Source: Eledone cirrhosa
Lineage: Eukaryota
Reading direction: 5' to 3'
DNA length: 64,000 bases
Assembly: GCA_964016885.1 (NCBI GenBank)
Contig: OZ024743.1
Span: forward strand, 196,788,001-196,852,000
The position numbers were made by a program, and so were the translations under genes. Below are positions 1 through 13,114 of this stretch, piece after piece (position 1 is the stretch's first letter; each line of letters begins with the position of its first letter). The notes below the pieces were generated by a model. It saw nothing but the letters and a program-made list of their open reading frames with translations, was not told the DNA's origin and made no database searches.

Positions 1-300
1 GTGAGTTTCTTGGTCAGTGTCCAAGTCTCAGACCCGTACAGCAGCACAGACTCCACTACAGCAATGAAGAGGCGGATCTTCAGGTCTTTACGAAGGTCCG
101 ACTTCCACAACTCACAAACTGTGGCACACCGCTCAGGCCTTGCTCTTCCTCTCAACCACATCATCTTCCGCATTTCCAATCTTTGTTCCCAAATACAGGA
201 AACCCTCAATCAATTCTAGCGGCTTCTCGCCTACATTAGTGATCCCCTCTGACTTCTCAACATTCTCTACCAGATATTTTGTTTTAGTCTCATTCATCCC
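1..300 (-). pseudogene. RTE-clade LINE, RT C-terminal/thumb region (continues beyond window start)
   Basis: Minus-strand translation MNETKTKYL...FLYLGTKIG...KSKA, then (frameshifted) WKSDLRKDLKIRLFIAVVESVLLYGSETWTLTKK, typical of RTE RT thumb. Confidence 0.8.
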
Positions 301-304
301 CACA

Positions 305-2391
305 TTGGCAGTGAGGAACATGACCAATGCTGCAGTAGGAGGAGTGGGTTTTGTTTTCAGCACAAAATCAGTCTATTGGTGAGGGAAATAATACCTGTCT
401 CCCCACGAGTGTTGAGGGTGACCTTCAATGGAAACCCAAGACTGACAGTCATCTCAGCCTATAGTCCAACCGAGGGAGACTGTGATGTGAGTGCGGAAGA
501 GTTCCTTGAGGAGGTGTGTAGAGCTGTCAACACCACACAATCACACCACATCCTGCTTGTTTTGGGGGACTTCAATGCACATCTGAGAAAGGAGGGCAGT
601 GAAGATCCTTTCTGGTACTTCCATAACAACACCAACCGAAATGGAAGACTACTGAGAGACACCCTGCTGGAGGCGAACTTGATAGTGACCAACCTAAGGT
701 TTAGGAAGAATCCAGGGAAGATGTGGACCTACATCTCAGATATGCACCTGTCCAAGTCCCAGATTGATTTCATTCTGGTGAGGAAAAAGTGGCGGAATAG
801 TGTTCTGAACACAGAACCATACAACTATTTCAGTACACTGGGTAGTGACCACAGGCTTGTTATGAGTGAGGTCCGGGTGAGCTTAAGAAAAAGCAAGGCT
901 CAGCCCCGGAGAGCAATCTATGACTGGGGAGATTTCAAGGAAGATGATAAGCTACAGGAGAGGTTCACAGTGGAAGTGAGGAACTGGTTCAGTGCTCTGT
1001 GTGGAGAGACAGAGGAGAGAGAGATTGGATGGACTGAGGAGAGTGTGACAAGGAGGTATGGGCACTTCACCAATGCAGTGGCGGAAGCAAGTGAGACCCT
1101 GGTGCCGAGGAGAAAGAACAAAAAGAAGCACGTCAGCTCTGCAGACCCCAAAGTGTGTGCAGCCAGAGAACACCTGAAAGTTGCCAAGGACCAATTCTAT
1201 GCTGATCCTACAGAGGAGAGGATGGAGACTGTGGAGGTGATGATGGAAGAACTCTGTACCGCTTACACTGAGGCCGGAGAGGAGGCACTGATAGAGAAGA
1301 TCAGAAGTGTGGAGAGAGCGGTTGATAGGTCTGGATGTAAGGAGAGCTGGATGATCATCAACGAGATCACAGGGAGGAAGAGAAGGTGTTCGATTCAGAT
1401 CCAGGGAACGGGGCCCGAGGATAGGAAGAGGAAATGGCTAGACCATTTTAGGACCCTACTAGGAGAGCAGCCCTCCACAGTCCAGAGCACTGGGGAGATC
1501 AGGCGGCTGTTAGAAGAACTGGATATTGAGACAGAGCCCTTCACCAGAGAGGAGCTTCAGAGAGCCAAGAAGAAGATCAAGGAGGGCAAGGCTCATGGAG
1601 AAAATGGAGTGGCATCAGAGGTGATGAAGAGGTGTGATTTTGATGATATCATCCCGGGGTTCTGTAACCAGGCACTGGAGAAAGGAGTTGCCCCGAATCA
1701 GTGGAGGATTAGTAACATCGTCCCAGTGCCAAAGCAGGGAGATTTCTTTAACACCAACAACTACAGAGGGGGGGGTCTCGCTGACGTCACTTATGGCAAA
1801 GATCCACAACAGGAGGATTCTTAACAGGATCCAGCTCGAGTTGGATAAGAAGCTCAGGGACAACCAGAACGGTTTCAGAGAGGGAAGATCAACCACCAGT
1901 CACATCCTGATGCTGAGGAGGATATTAGAGGGAACTAGAGCAAAGTGCCTTCCTGCGGTCATGGTGGTTTTCATTGACTTTAGGTAGGCCTTTGATTCTG
2001 TGGACCGTCACTGCCTGATGAAGATCTTACAGGCTTATGGAATCCCCAAGAAGATAGTGGACCTGATATCACTGCTCTACACCAACACCAAAGCCCAAGT
2101 CATTACACCTAATGGGATGACAGAGTCCTTTGAGATACTGGCTGGAGTGCTCCAGGGAGATACATTGGCTCCCTACCTTTTTATCATCGTAGTGGACTAT
2201 TGTATGCGCCTTGCACTGGAGAAACACCAGGATTCTGGCTTTACTGTAGCACCGGCTCAGAGCAGGAGAGTTAAGGCGAAAAAATATCGGATGCTGAATT
2301 TGCCGACGTCATAGTTTTTGTGACAAATACAGTGAAGGAGGCAGAGGATTTGATGCAGGAGGTTGATACTGTGTCGATGAGTGTGGGGCTG
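305..2391 (+). mobile_element. RTE-clade non-LTR retrotransposon, APE endonuclease plus RT, frameshifted; inverted relative to 1-300
   Basis: Motifs AAVGGVG, VISAYSPT, LGDFNAH, SQIDFIL, GSDHRLV (APE); QNGFREGRST, FIDF.*AFDSV, GVLQGDTLAPYLF (RT) in ORFs 376-1824, 1634-1987, 2000-2314; ends at a (TA)n tract. Confidence 0.85.
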
Positions 2392-2418
2392 ATATATATG
2401 TATATATATATTTATATA

Positions 2419-4006
<1,588 letters not shown>

Positions 4007-4173
4007 TATTACTCCAAGTGTTTACAACATAGGAATTACGGCATACCCGCAGCATCACTGTGAAAACGCCTTGTTGAGTCAAACCAAGCCAAGCGTTAAT
4101 ATCATCCACTACCTGGAATACCATAACTGGACTTTACCTAAGTGGACTGCATTTAACTATTATTTGTTACCCC

Positions 4174-4742
<569 letters not shown>

Positions 4743-5458
4743 CTGATGAGCGATTTCAGACGTCTCTATTGCGCTCATCTATCTTCGTGACACCTTTGGT
4801 AAATGGAATAATTGTCTTATGTTGTTTATGGCATAATTAGATACCTCTGTAGCATACATAGAGCACTCTCCTCTCCTTTACCCTTCCTACGGAAATACTT
4901 CATATTTTCGCTACTTTCTACTCTCACCCCTCTTTCCTCCACTCGCTTTCTCCCTATCTACTCTTACCTCCACTTTCTTCTTCTCCCTTTCTCCCTCTCA
5001 CTTTTACCCCCTCGCCTGACCGTTCAGCAGTTCTCTTCTCACTTACAACTGCGACGATCAGACGTATGTCTTTTTTCTCTCGACTACTCAGTCTTGAACT
5101 TAAGTTCTCTTATCGAGTGGTCTTGGATTTCCTTACCTTAAGTTGTTCGCACATTGCTCGGTTTGTTGTTGTTTTTTTTCGCTGTTTTCTTTTACTGTTT
5201 TGTCTTTTCTTCCCCTTTTCTTTCTTTCCCTCCCTCCTCCGTTTTCCTAATAACATCCAGTTATTGACGCCCTGGGGCGAGATATATTGTCTTTAAACCG
5301 TAGAAATATCCGAGATCCCTAGTAGACAACTGATGAGGAAACCCCCCACCCTCCCGTCCATGCTTTCTTCGTATTCCCATTGCATTTTAAGTTACCTTAA
5401 ATAGCAACTATACAGCCATTTCTATTCTCCAAGGAAACTATCTTTATAAAACCATATT

Positions 5459-5519
5459 TATTTTATTATATATATTTCAAGGGTACCAAAATTTTGCTAC
5501 GCCCTCATCAGATAAAATA
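5459..5519 (-). ncRNA. Type I minimal hammerhead ribozyme
   Basis: tattttat CTGATGA gggcgtagcaaaattttggtaccctt GAAA tatat ATA ataaaata: 8-bp stem I, hairpin stem II, palindromic stem III, AUA triplet. Confidence 0.8.
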
Positions 5520-5617
5520 CAAAAGTTGTTTTACAGATAGTGACATATTAACGTTTTGAGTTCTAGTTTTTTTAAGTTCTAGTTTTGAATATATCACTAT
5601 CTGTAAAACAACTTTTG

Positions 5618-5678
5618 TATTTTATCTGATGAGTGCGCACCAAAATTTTGCTACCCTTGAAATATATATAATAAAATA
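5618..5678 (+). ncRNA. Type I hammerhead, inverted copy of 5459-5519 with weakened stem II
   Basis: tattttat CTGATGA gtgcgcac...ccctt GAAA tatatata ataaaata; lies in inverted repeat 5434-5555 / 5585-5704. Confidence 0.65.
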
Positions 5679-5812
5679 AATACGGTTTTATAGAGATAGT
5701 TTCCATTTATTAATATTATTAATATTATACTCCAGAAGAAAACTCTCTTGAGTGCTTCTATTCTGTTATAAACTAAATTTGTTGAATAATCAACAAATTA
5801 AATAACTCATTG

Positions 5813-5882
<70 letters not shown>

Positions 5883-6249
5883 AATAAAGTTAGTCCTTCA
5901 TCAGTGATCTTCCAACCATCATTGGTATTTCATCGCTTTAAAGACCATATACCTCCGGTTGGTGCGAGCAACGGCTAAAAAAAGTCGTTGGGACACGTAA
6001 ATAAAGGGAACACGAGTGTAAACAAACAAAATGGTGAAGCAACGAAAAGTGAGGAAGAATGAGTCAAGTCCCAAAATTCTATGAATTTAAATTCGGTGAA
6101 ATCGTGAACGAGAGAGAATAAAGACCATCAAACCTGGTTGGAATGTAAGCAAGGAAGGAATTCCGTACATACATACATACATACATACATACATACATAC
6201 ATACATACATACATACATACATACATACATACATACATACATACATACA

Positions 6250-6468
6250 TAATGCAATCCATAGAAAAGATAGCCCCGATAATAAACACATTAAAAGCTA
6301 CAGCAATGTGGAAGACATCCATATCCATATACATAATATGAAAGAGTACTGGTGGAATGTTCCAGTAAAAACCCTAATAAAATGCAGGATTAACAGATCA
6401 GATATTATGATATGGGACAGGGAAAAGAAAGCATGCACACTAGTGGAAGTTATCTACGCAGCAGAGGC
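6250..6468 (+). pseudogene. Fragment of a restriction-like endonuclease domain from an R4/Dong-like non-LTR element
   Basis: KEYWWNVPVKTLIKCRINRSDIMIWDREKKACTLVEV resembles the WWD-P...HNRPDI...D...C...V PD-D motif region. Confidence 0.6.
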
Positions 6469-6614
6469 CTACATATATATATGTATATGTGTGTATGTGT
6501 GAGTGTGTATGTGTGTTCATTTATGTATATACGTGTGTGTGTATACCTATACATGTATATAATATATGTATATACATATTTCTATTTATACACACACATA
6601 TATATGTATGTGTG

Positions 6615-6703
<89 letters not shown>

Positions 6704-7178
6704 ATGTATGTGCAGGCGTTTATCTTTTTGAAAGTTTTTACTCTTAAAATAAATTTAAAGAAAGTATGAATAGGATCATGGTTTATACATACACATATAG
6801 TAATGTATAGAAAACATAAGCGCATATGTTATATATATATATATATATATATCTAGCATCGATATGCATCTGTGTGTATATAAATGTTACTAGATATAAA
6901 TTCCTTATAATTATCTCCAATTCATTTGTCGAGCAATATTTGGCCATGACTGCTACTATGGTAGTAAGCTGGCCGCTGTCTTAATAACCACTCGCTTTCC
7001 ACTGATTGACCTCGATGTCACGTGATTGATTCTTTTTGAATTTGCCACAGACGTAGAAGCAGTGATTTTCTCAATGGCTTGGATTCCAGTCCACGCATCG
7101 CTATTTCCATTCCACTGAATTATTTTTTTAATAAGTTTCCAGTGTCCTCGCTATGCCTGGAGACCTATACGGAAAAAG

Positions 7179-7261
7179 ACTTTCCTGATGACGGAATGAT
7201 TTTGTATATGTTTCTTCGGAAAATATATTTACTCCATTCCAGAAACTAATTAGTTGGAAGT
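7179..7261 (+). ncRNA. Type I hammerhead ribozyme with long stem II
   Basis: actttc CTGATGA c-ggaatg...cattcc-a GAAA ctaattag TT ggaagt; GUU triplet; palindromic stem III. Confidence 0.75.
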
Positions 7262-7427
7262 GATTTTTTAGTAAGTAAGTTAATTTTATAATTTTCTTAT
7301 TTTACGTCTCTCATATTATTGTTCTGCAACCCCATGCATTGAACCACATTGTTAATAAGACAAAACCTATATATTTGCTAGCATCGATATGCATCTGTGT
7401 GTATATAAATGTTACTAGATATAAATT

Positions 7428-7497
<70 letters not shown>

Positions 7498-7629
7498 CTA
7501 TTTCAGAGCTCCAATTCTAATTTTTAATTTCTGCCTGACCAACAACCGCTCTGCATAATCAGCTCCTGATTATTTACTAGATTTCTATAAGAATATAACA
7601 TCAGTGATCTCGGTAGACAGGAGGGGTAG

Positions 7630-7677
7630 TTGGCCTTGATAAGCTTCAACCAAAGCGAAACAAGACTTGTCGGCTTA
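7630..7677 (+). ncRNA. Type I hammerhead with U3-A8 core variant (TTGATAA)
   Basis: tggcc TTGATAA gctt-caacca-aagc GAAA caag-a-cttg TC ggct; stem I extendable to ~7617-7686; GUC triplet. Confidence 0.7.
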
Positions 7678-7882
7678 TCTCCCCTGTTTACTGAGATCAA
7701 AGTAAGTGAATTTTTCACTACTTTAAAACAATAGCTTACGGTCTTCAAAATGCTTTTAATTAAGCATAAAGTGTATTGCAAAATACATTATATATACATC
7801 CATATATATATTGCTATTTCAGAGCTCCAATTCTAATTTTTAATTTCTGCCTGACCAACAACCGCTCTGCATAATCAGCTCC

Positions 7883-7935
7883 TGACAGTCGAGTTTGCAA
7901 TTTTCAACAGTTGAAAATTGCAAACTCGACTGTCA
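7883..7935. repeat. Perfect hairpin with 26-bp arms
   Basis: tgacagtcgagtttgcaattttcaac-a-gttgaaaattgcaaactcgactgtca. Confidence 0.95.
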
Positions 7936-7945
7936 CCACATATTA

Positions 7946-7984
7946 TGAACCTGAAGATTGCGAAAGCATGAAAGTACTTGTTCA
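7946..7984 (+). ncRNA. Minimal type I hammerhead ribozyme
   Basis: tgaac CTGAAGA t-tgc-gaaa-gca-t GAAA gtac TT gttca; perfect 5-bp stem I; GAAA tetraloop on stem II; CUU triplet. Confidence 0.8.
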
Positions 7985-8096
7985 ATTAACACTTAGAATT
8001 TAATATTCTATCATACTATTTCATTATAATACCATTATATATTTTAAAGGATTGTCAATAAAACGAGTAAATCAGACAAAGTTGGAATTCCTCTTA

Positions 8097-8339
<243 letters not shown>

Positions 8340-8345
8340 TTCACT

Positions 8346-8465
8346 GTGAAGGCGTGTGGCTGAGTGGTTAGAGTATTGGATTCACAATCGTGAGGTTGTG
8401 AGTTCGATTCCTGAACCAGGCGATGCGTTATGTCCTTGAGCAAGACACTTTATTTCACGTTGCTC
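8346..8465 (+). mobile_element. tRNA-derived SINE (family 1)
   Basis: A box tggctgagtgg, B box gttcgattcc, central tgtccttgagcaagacactt; related copies at ~21690-21800(-), ~37770-37900(-), ~38718-38810(+). Confidence 0.8.
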
Positions 8466-9054
8466 CTTCTACCTGGAGTTGCGACCGATAGATAGTATTA
8501 GCAATTGGAAAGACCAACGGAAACATAGTTTCCTCGGTCCGATTTGACGAAAGTCGATCGACTAGAACATATATATATCCTACATTAATCGATCGTTCCT
8601 CGAGCTGATCATATGTGAAACATGTAATATGCAATTAAATATGTAAATGATGCAATACTGATTCTTTGGTCCCTTTTAATATTATTGTGTGTGTGTGTGA
8701 ATTTCGTATATCTAAAGATATACCGTATCTTTATAAATAAACATTTTGAAAGCCACAGCTATGAATTAGAAGACTGGGGGTCAGCACCGCTGAACGGTTT
8801 GCAGCAGAAACAGGGGGATAACTGTCGTTGCATTTCGAACTTAATGGTTCTCCTCAGGTCAATGCTTCCCTCTCGCTACTGCTGAACTTTGAAACAGGCG
8901 AAAATATATAGTTTTTACGTATTGTTCAGTTTCTCATATGTATATGTATATATATATATATATATGAATCAGAGAACCCGCTGCTTATATAGTCCATTAT
9001 TTGAATTCGGAACTGTTTACATCAAATCTTTGAATTTAGAAAAATAGTTAAGAC

Positions 9055-9198
<144 letters not shown>

Positions 9199-9554
9199 TT
9201 GGCAACCATTCACGATGTGGCTCAATGATGAATTAATAAATTAAATAATCAGAGCAATATACTATAAAGTATGTCCATAGAATCATTTGATAATATATAT
9301 ATATACCATTTCCTCTCCCAATTAGCATAATTAACCACACAAAAAATCAATTAGACCAGGCTATAAGATTAAAAGGCACCTATGAAGAAATAGTAGATAA
9401 ATAAACGACAGCAATCTCTTCGCGGCCAACCGCCATAGAATGGTTACCCAACATTTCAACAACACGTGGAAATCGATTAATTATACCGTCAACCATACAC
9501 AATTAGGTATAAAATTAAAGTTAGACGAAATGCATATACACATACCAGGATTAT

Positions 9555-9635
9555 GTTCCTACTCTCGGGTTTCGTTCGCATTTTGAAAATATCCTATTAA
9601 GGATAAAATCTCGAGCTTCGAACTCATCAGGAAAC
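9555..9635 (-). ncRNA. Type I hammerhead ribozyme
   Basis: gtttc CTGATGA gttcg...cgaac GAAA cccgagag TA ggaac; partial inverted copy at 9678-9723 ends at the LINE junction. Confidence 0.75.
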
Positions 9636-9723
9636 AAACTCGTTTGGACAGATTATATTCTTAAGTGATCCCCGCCTGAGTTCGAAGCTCGAGATTTTAT
9701 CCTTAATAGGATATTTTCAAAAT

Positions 9724-12700
9724 TTCGCCGCAAGCACGTCGGTCGCCTCGCCTTTACTAAGCGCCTCGTCTAATTTTCTATCTAGTTCTCCTCTGCTCTA
9801 TTTTTCTCTATTGCTAACGCCTTACTAAACCTAATGGATTCTATTCTAATCACTTTTTTCAGAGCAAACCACCATTTGTTGTTGACGATTGCCCCCGTCA
9901 ACGCCCGCTTAACTAGTTCGCTAATACGGTCTCTGTAGGCCTTGCGCTCTGTTAACGACGCGTTTAGCTTCCAGTAGCCTGGTCCCTGTCTATGAAGCCT
10001 ATCTAAGTCAACCTCACAGATCACGAATTTGTGGTCGGTGTAGTGGACTATTTTGAATTGTGGACAGCCTATGCTAGACCTATCTATTTCCCTACAAAAT
10101 ACCCTATTTAGATATGATCTGGAAGACCCGATGCGGTTTGTCCATATCCACATTGGCACATTCGGGAAATCCAGACGGCACCTGTCAGACAGTTGAAACC
10201 GTCTGAGCAGGTTTGCGAGGCTTTTACACCCTCCTCCCCTATCCGCTAATCCCACACAGTCCCAGCGTGCATATAAGATCCCGTTCCAGTCGCCCACTAA
10301 AGAGCGGGACGTTCCAAGAAAGGTCTCCAGACGCCGGAAGAAATCAGGCCGCCCTGCTCCTGTCGGGGCATAGACGGCCACTTGCCCGTCTCCGTTGGTC
10401 ACGTCCAACACCACCAACTTACCTTCTGGGTCCAGGAAGATGGTCCGTATGGCGAGATCCAAGCCTCTCCGAAAAGCACAGCAACTCCTCCCCCCGATCC
10501 TGGACCACTGGGAGATGCGTATACATCGTAGCCGCCGAAGATCGGTGCGAAGGCTCGTGCCTCCGAGATTCTGGTCTCGTTACTGGCCACCACATCTATG
10601 TTTAGTGACTTGAGGTCGTTGAGCAGGTGGTCCTGCTTCCATGACGACCCCAGGCCACGCGCATTTATGTTGTTATTCTGAGTGAGGTCATGTTGAAAAG
10701 GAGTGGAAAAAGATGGGAAAGACCACTTACCTCACTTCTTGTGGAGGATGGATGGTTTTTCCGTCTTTCTCACTGCTTGTGGGCCCCCTCTGGAAGGATG
10801 TCTTTATAAATCCTTCTGGAAAGTGTTTGTCGGAAGTCTCCGATGTCCTTGGGGATTTTAATTTTAGTGTCGTGTATGTTTTCTGTGTGATGCGAGTGAT
10901 TTGTATGTGTGGGTGGTGTGAACTTTTGGGGTGTTGTATAGTATTTTTCTGTGATGCTGGTGTTGTGTTGGATGTAGTGTAATAATTGGTTGTTGTTCAA
11001 ATTTAATGCTGTTTAGTGTGTATCGTTTTGGTTGCTTTGTTTTGTTTGCGTTTGTTGTGGGTTTGTTTCTATTTTGCTTGCTGGTAATTTTCATGGTGTT
11101 GGGATTAATGATGGTGATGGTGTTGGTGTTTGTGGTGATGAGGCTGGTGATGCTGATGTGGGTGGTGACATAGCTGTCTTAACTTTTTTGTTAGTTTATT
11201 TGTCTGTTTCGCCCTGCATTTTGTTTTTGGAGGGCGAAGGATGAGGATTTTTTTCTTTTTTGGTTTCTTTTTTTTTTCTTTTTTCCAGATACAGTTTCCC
11301 CACACCTCCTCGTCGTCACAATCTGTCTCCAGTTGCGAGCGGTCGGGGAGTGGAAAATCCTCCACATGCGTTGGTTTTGGTTGTGGCGTGTTGGATGGTG
11401 CTAATTCTGGCGCGGTGGGTGGTGGTGGTGTTGGTTTTGCTACTGTTGCTGCTACAGTTGTTGATGCCATTTCTGCTGCTAGTTTTGATGATTGAGTTAC
11501 TGGGGTGGGCAGGAGAGGTGGCCTCAACTTTTTAGCCTGAGGGCAGAAAGCCTATAGGTGGGTTCCTTCACCACAAACAACACACCTAGGCCTTCTACCC
11601 TCAACGATTACGGTGAGGTGGCTGCCGTCATTGAGGTCTATCACCTCTGGAATTTCCTCTATGTTTTTTTGGTCCGCTTGGATCAGAAACTCCATCCCAG
11701 ATCCGGACCAGTTCTCCTGCTTTACTTTTATCACCTCAATTACTTTAGTGTCGGTCTCGATGTTGGCGAGGACGACAGCCATTAGCCAGTGAATTTCAAT
11801 GGCCGGCGGAACCTGGGTCACCCTGATCCTTACCAGCCTCTGACCACAATAGCTTGGGACGAGTGTGAACTCGTCACTTTTTAATGGGGCCATGGAGTGC
11901 TCTTTTGAGCCCATACATGTCCCAAAGCTTTTTGTATCTGGGACTCGGATGCCCATTCCACTCGGTGCGTTTTAATGTTTATCGTGCGATATGACACGAT
12001 GCATAGCACCGATGCTCTATGTTATTAGATGGGGTGGGTGTGAGGCTGGCCCTGTAACCATATTTTTTTACCATTCGCTTGGCTTCATTCAATTCTTCCT
12101 GGCCTACCTCAACCGTTTCATTTTTGTGTGCCGCTTTAGCAAAGACACATTTGGTTTTGCGCTGGTGTTGATGTTGTTGTTGTTATTCTTATTGTTGCTA
12201 TGTTGCTGTTGTTGTTATTGTTATTTTTGTTATTATTATTTTTAGTTTCAGTTGTGGTGGTGGTGGTGGTGTCAGTGGCGTTCGGCGTGGAAGAGTCGAT
12301 TTTCGGAGAGTCCATTTTGATATCACGAGATAGTAATTTATTTTTTGTTTTAGTTGTTGCTGTGGTGGTGGTATCAGTGGTGTTGGTTGCTCTTTTTGAC
12401 ATTGTGGTGGTGGGGGTGGCGGCTTTAACACCTGCAGATATTGGTAATGGCGGGAAATCCATGTCTGCATGTGACAAATCTAAATAATTACCATTGCTAT
12501 TACTTATATTGTCAGTGTTGGCAGCCGTAGCAAGGTTTACAATGGTGGTGGTGGTGGGAGATGTTAGTCTGTTAGAAAGGCTGTCAGCAGCTTTGGGTAG
12601 CTGAGAGCCATCAATGTTTTTGTTTTCAAAGAAATTTTTTTGTTTGATGAATATAAAAGTTTAAATTTTGGGCTCAAGGCCCCAATATTATTGAGTGTCC

Positions 12701-12825
12701 TTTTCAGAAAGCAATATATGTGAACTTATAAACACTTAACAACAAAACTTTTCCATAACTGGCAATTTGAAACAACTGAAAACAATAAAGCTTTGTGGAG
12801 CTCACGATTTCCTACGTAGGTCGCC
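9724..12825 (-). mobile_element. Tx1/L1-clade LINE copy A1: 5'UTR, ORF1 and APE domain, 3' part missing, degraded
   Basis: ORF1 zinc knuckle CVVCGEGTHL; APE motifs VYAPT, GDWN, DHK, GPGYWKLN; clearly homologous to copy A2; begins right after A2's (ATT)n tail. Confidence 0.9.
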
Positions 12826-12871
<46 letters not shown>

Positions 12872-13114
12872 TTTTCTTTATTAACCACAAGGGTTTACAT
12901 AAAGTAGACATTAAGGACAGTACAGGACAATACAGGACGGTACAAATGGGCATTTCTGCGTGTAAAAAAAACGGAGGTTGAAATAAAATAACAAAGAAAA
13001 ATTCCCCAATAGGGGGGAGACTTCCGAGGGACATTTGTGGAGAAAGCCCATTAAAAGACCACAGTGGCCCTGACCACCAGGGCAAGTGCCCTCTCCCAGT
13101 TTTCCACCTTTAAT

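Noticed and set aside
5280-5445. Hammerhead cores at 5330, 5897(-), 8606, 26366 and 38344
   Set aside because: A CTGANGA-like motif is present, but I could not find a correctly placed GAAA together with stems I-III.
8346-8420. tRNA gene
   Set aside because: A and B boxes are present but there is no good cloverleaf, and the sequence continues into a SINE body.
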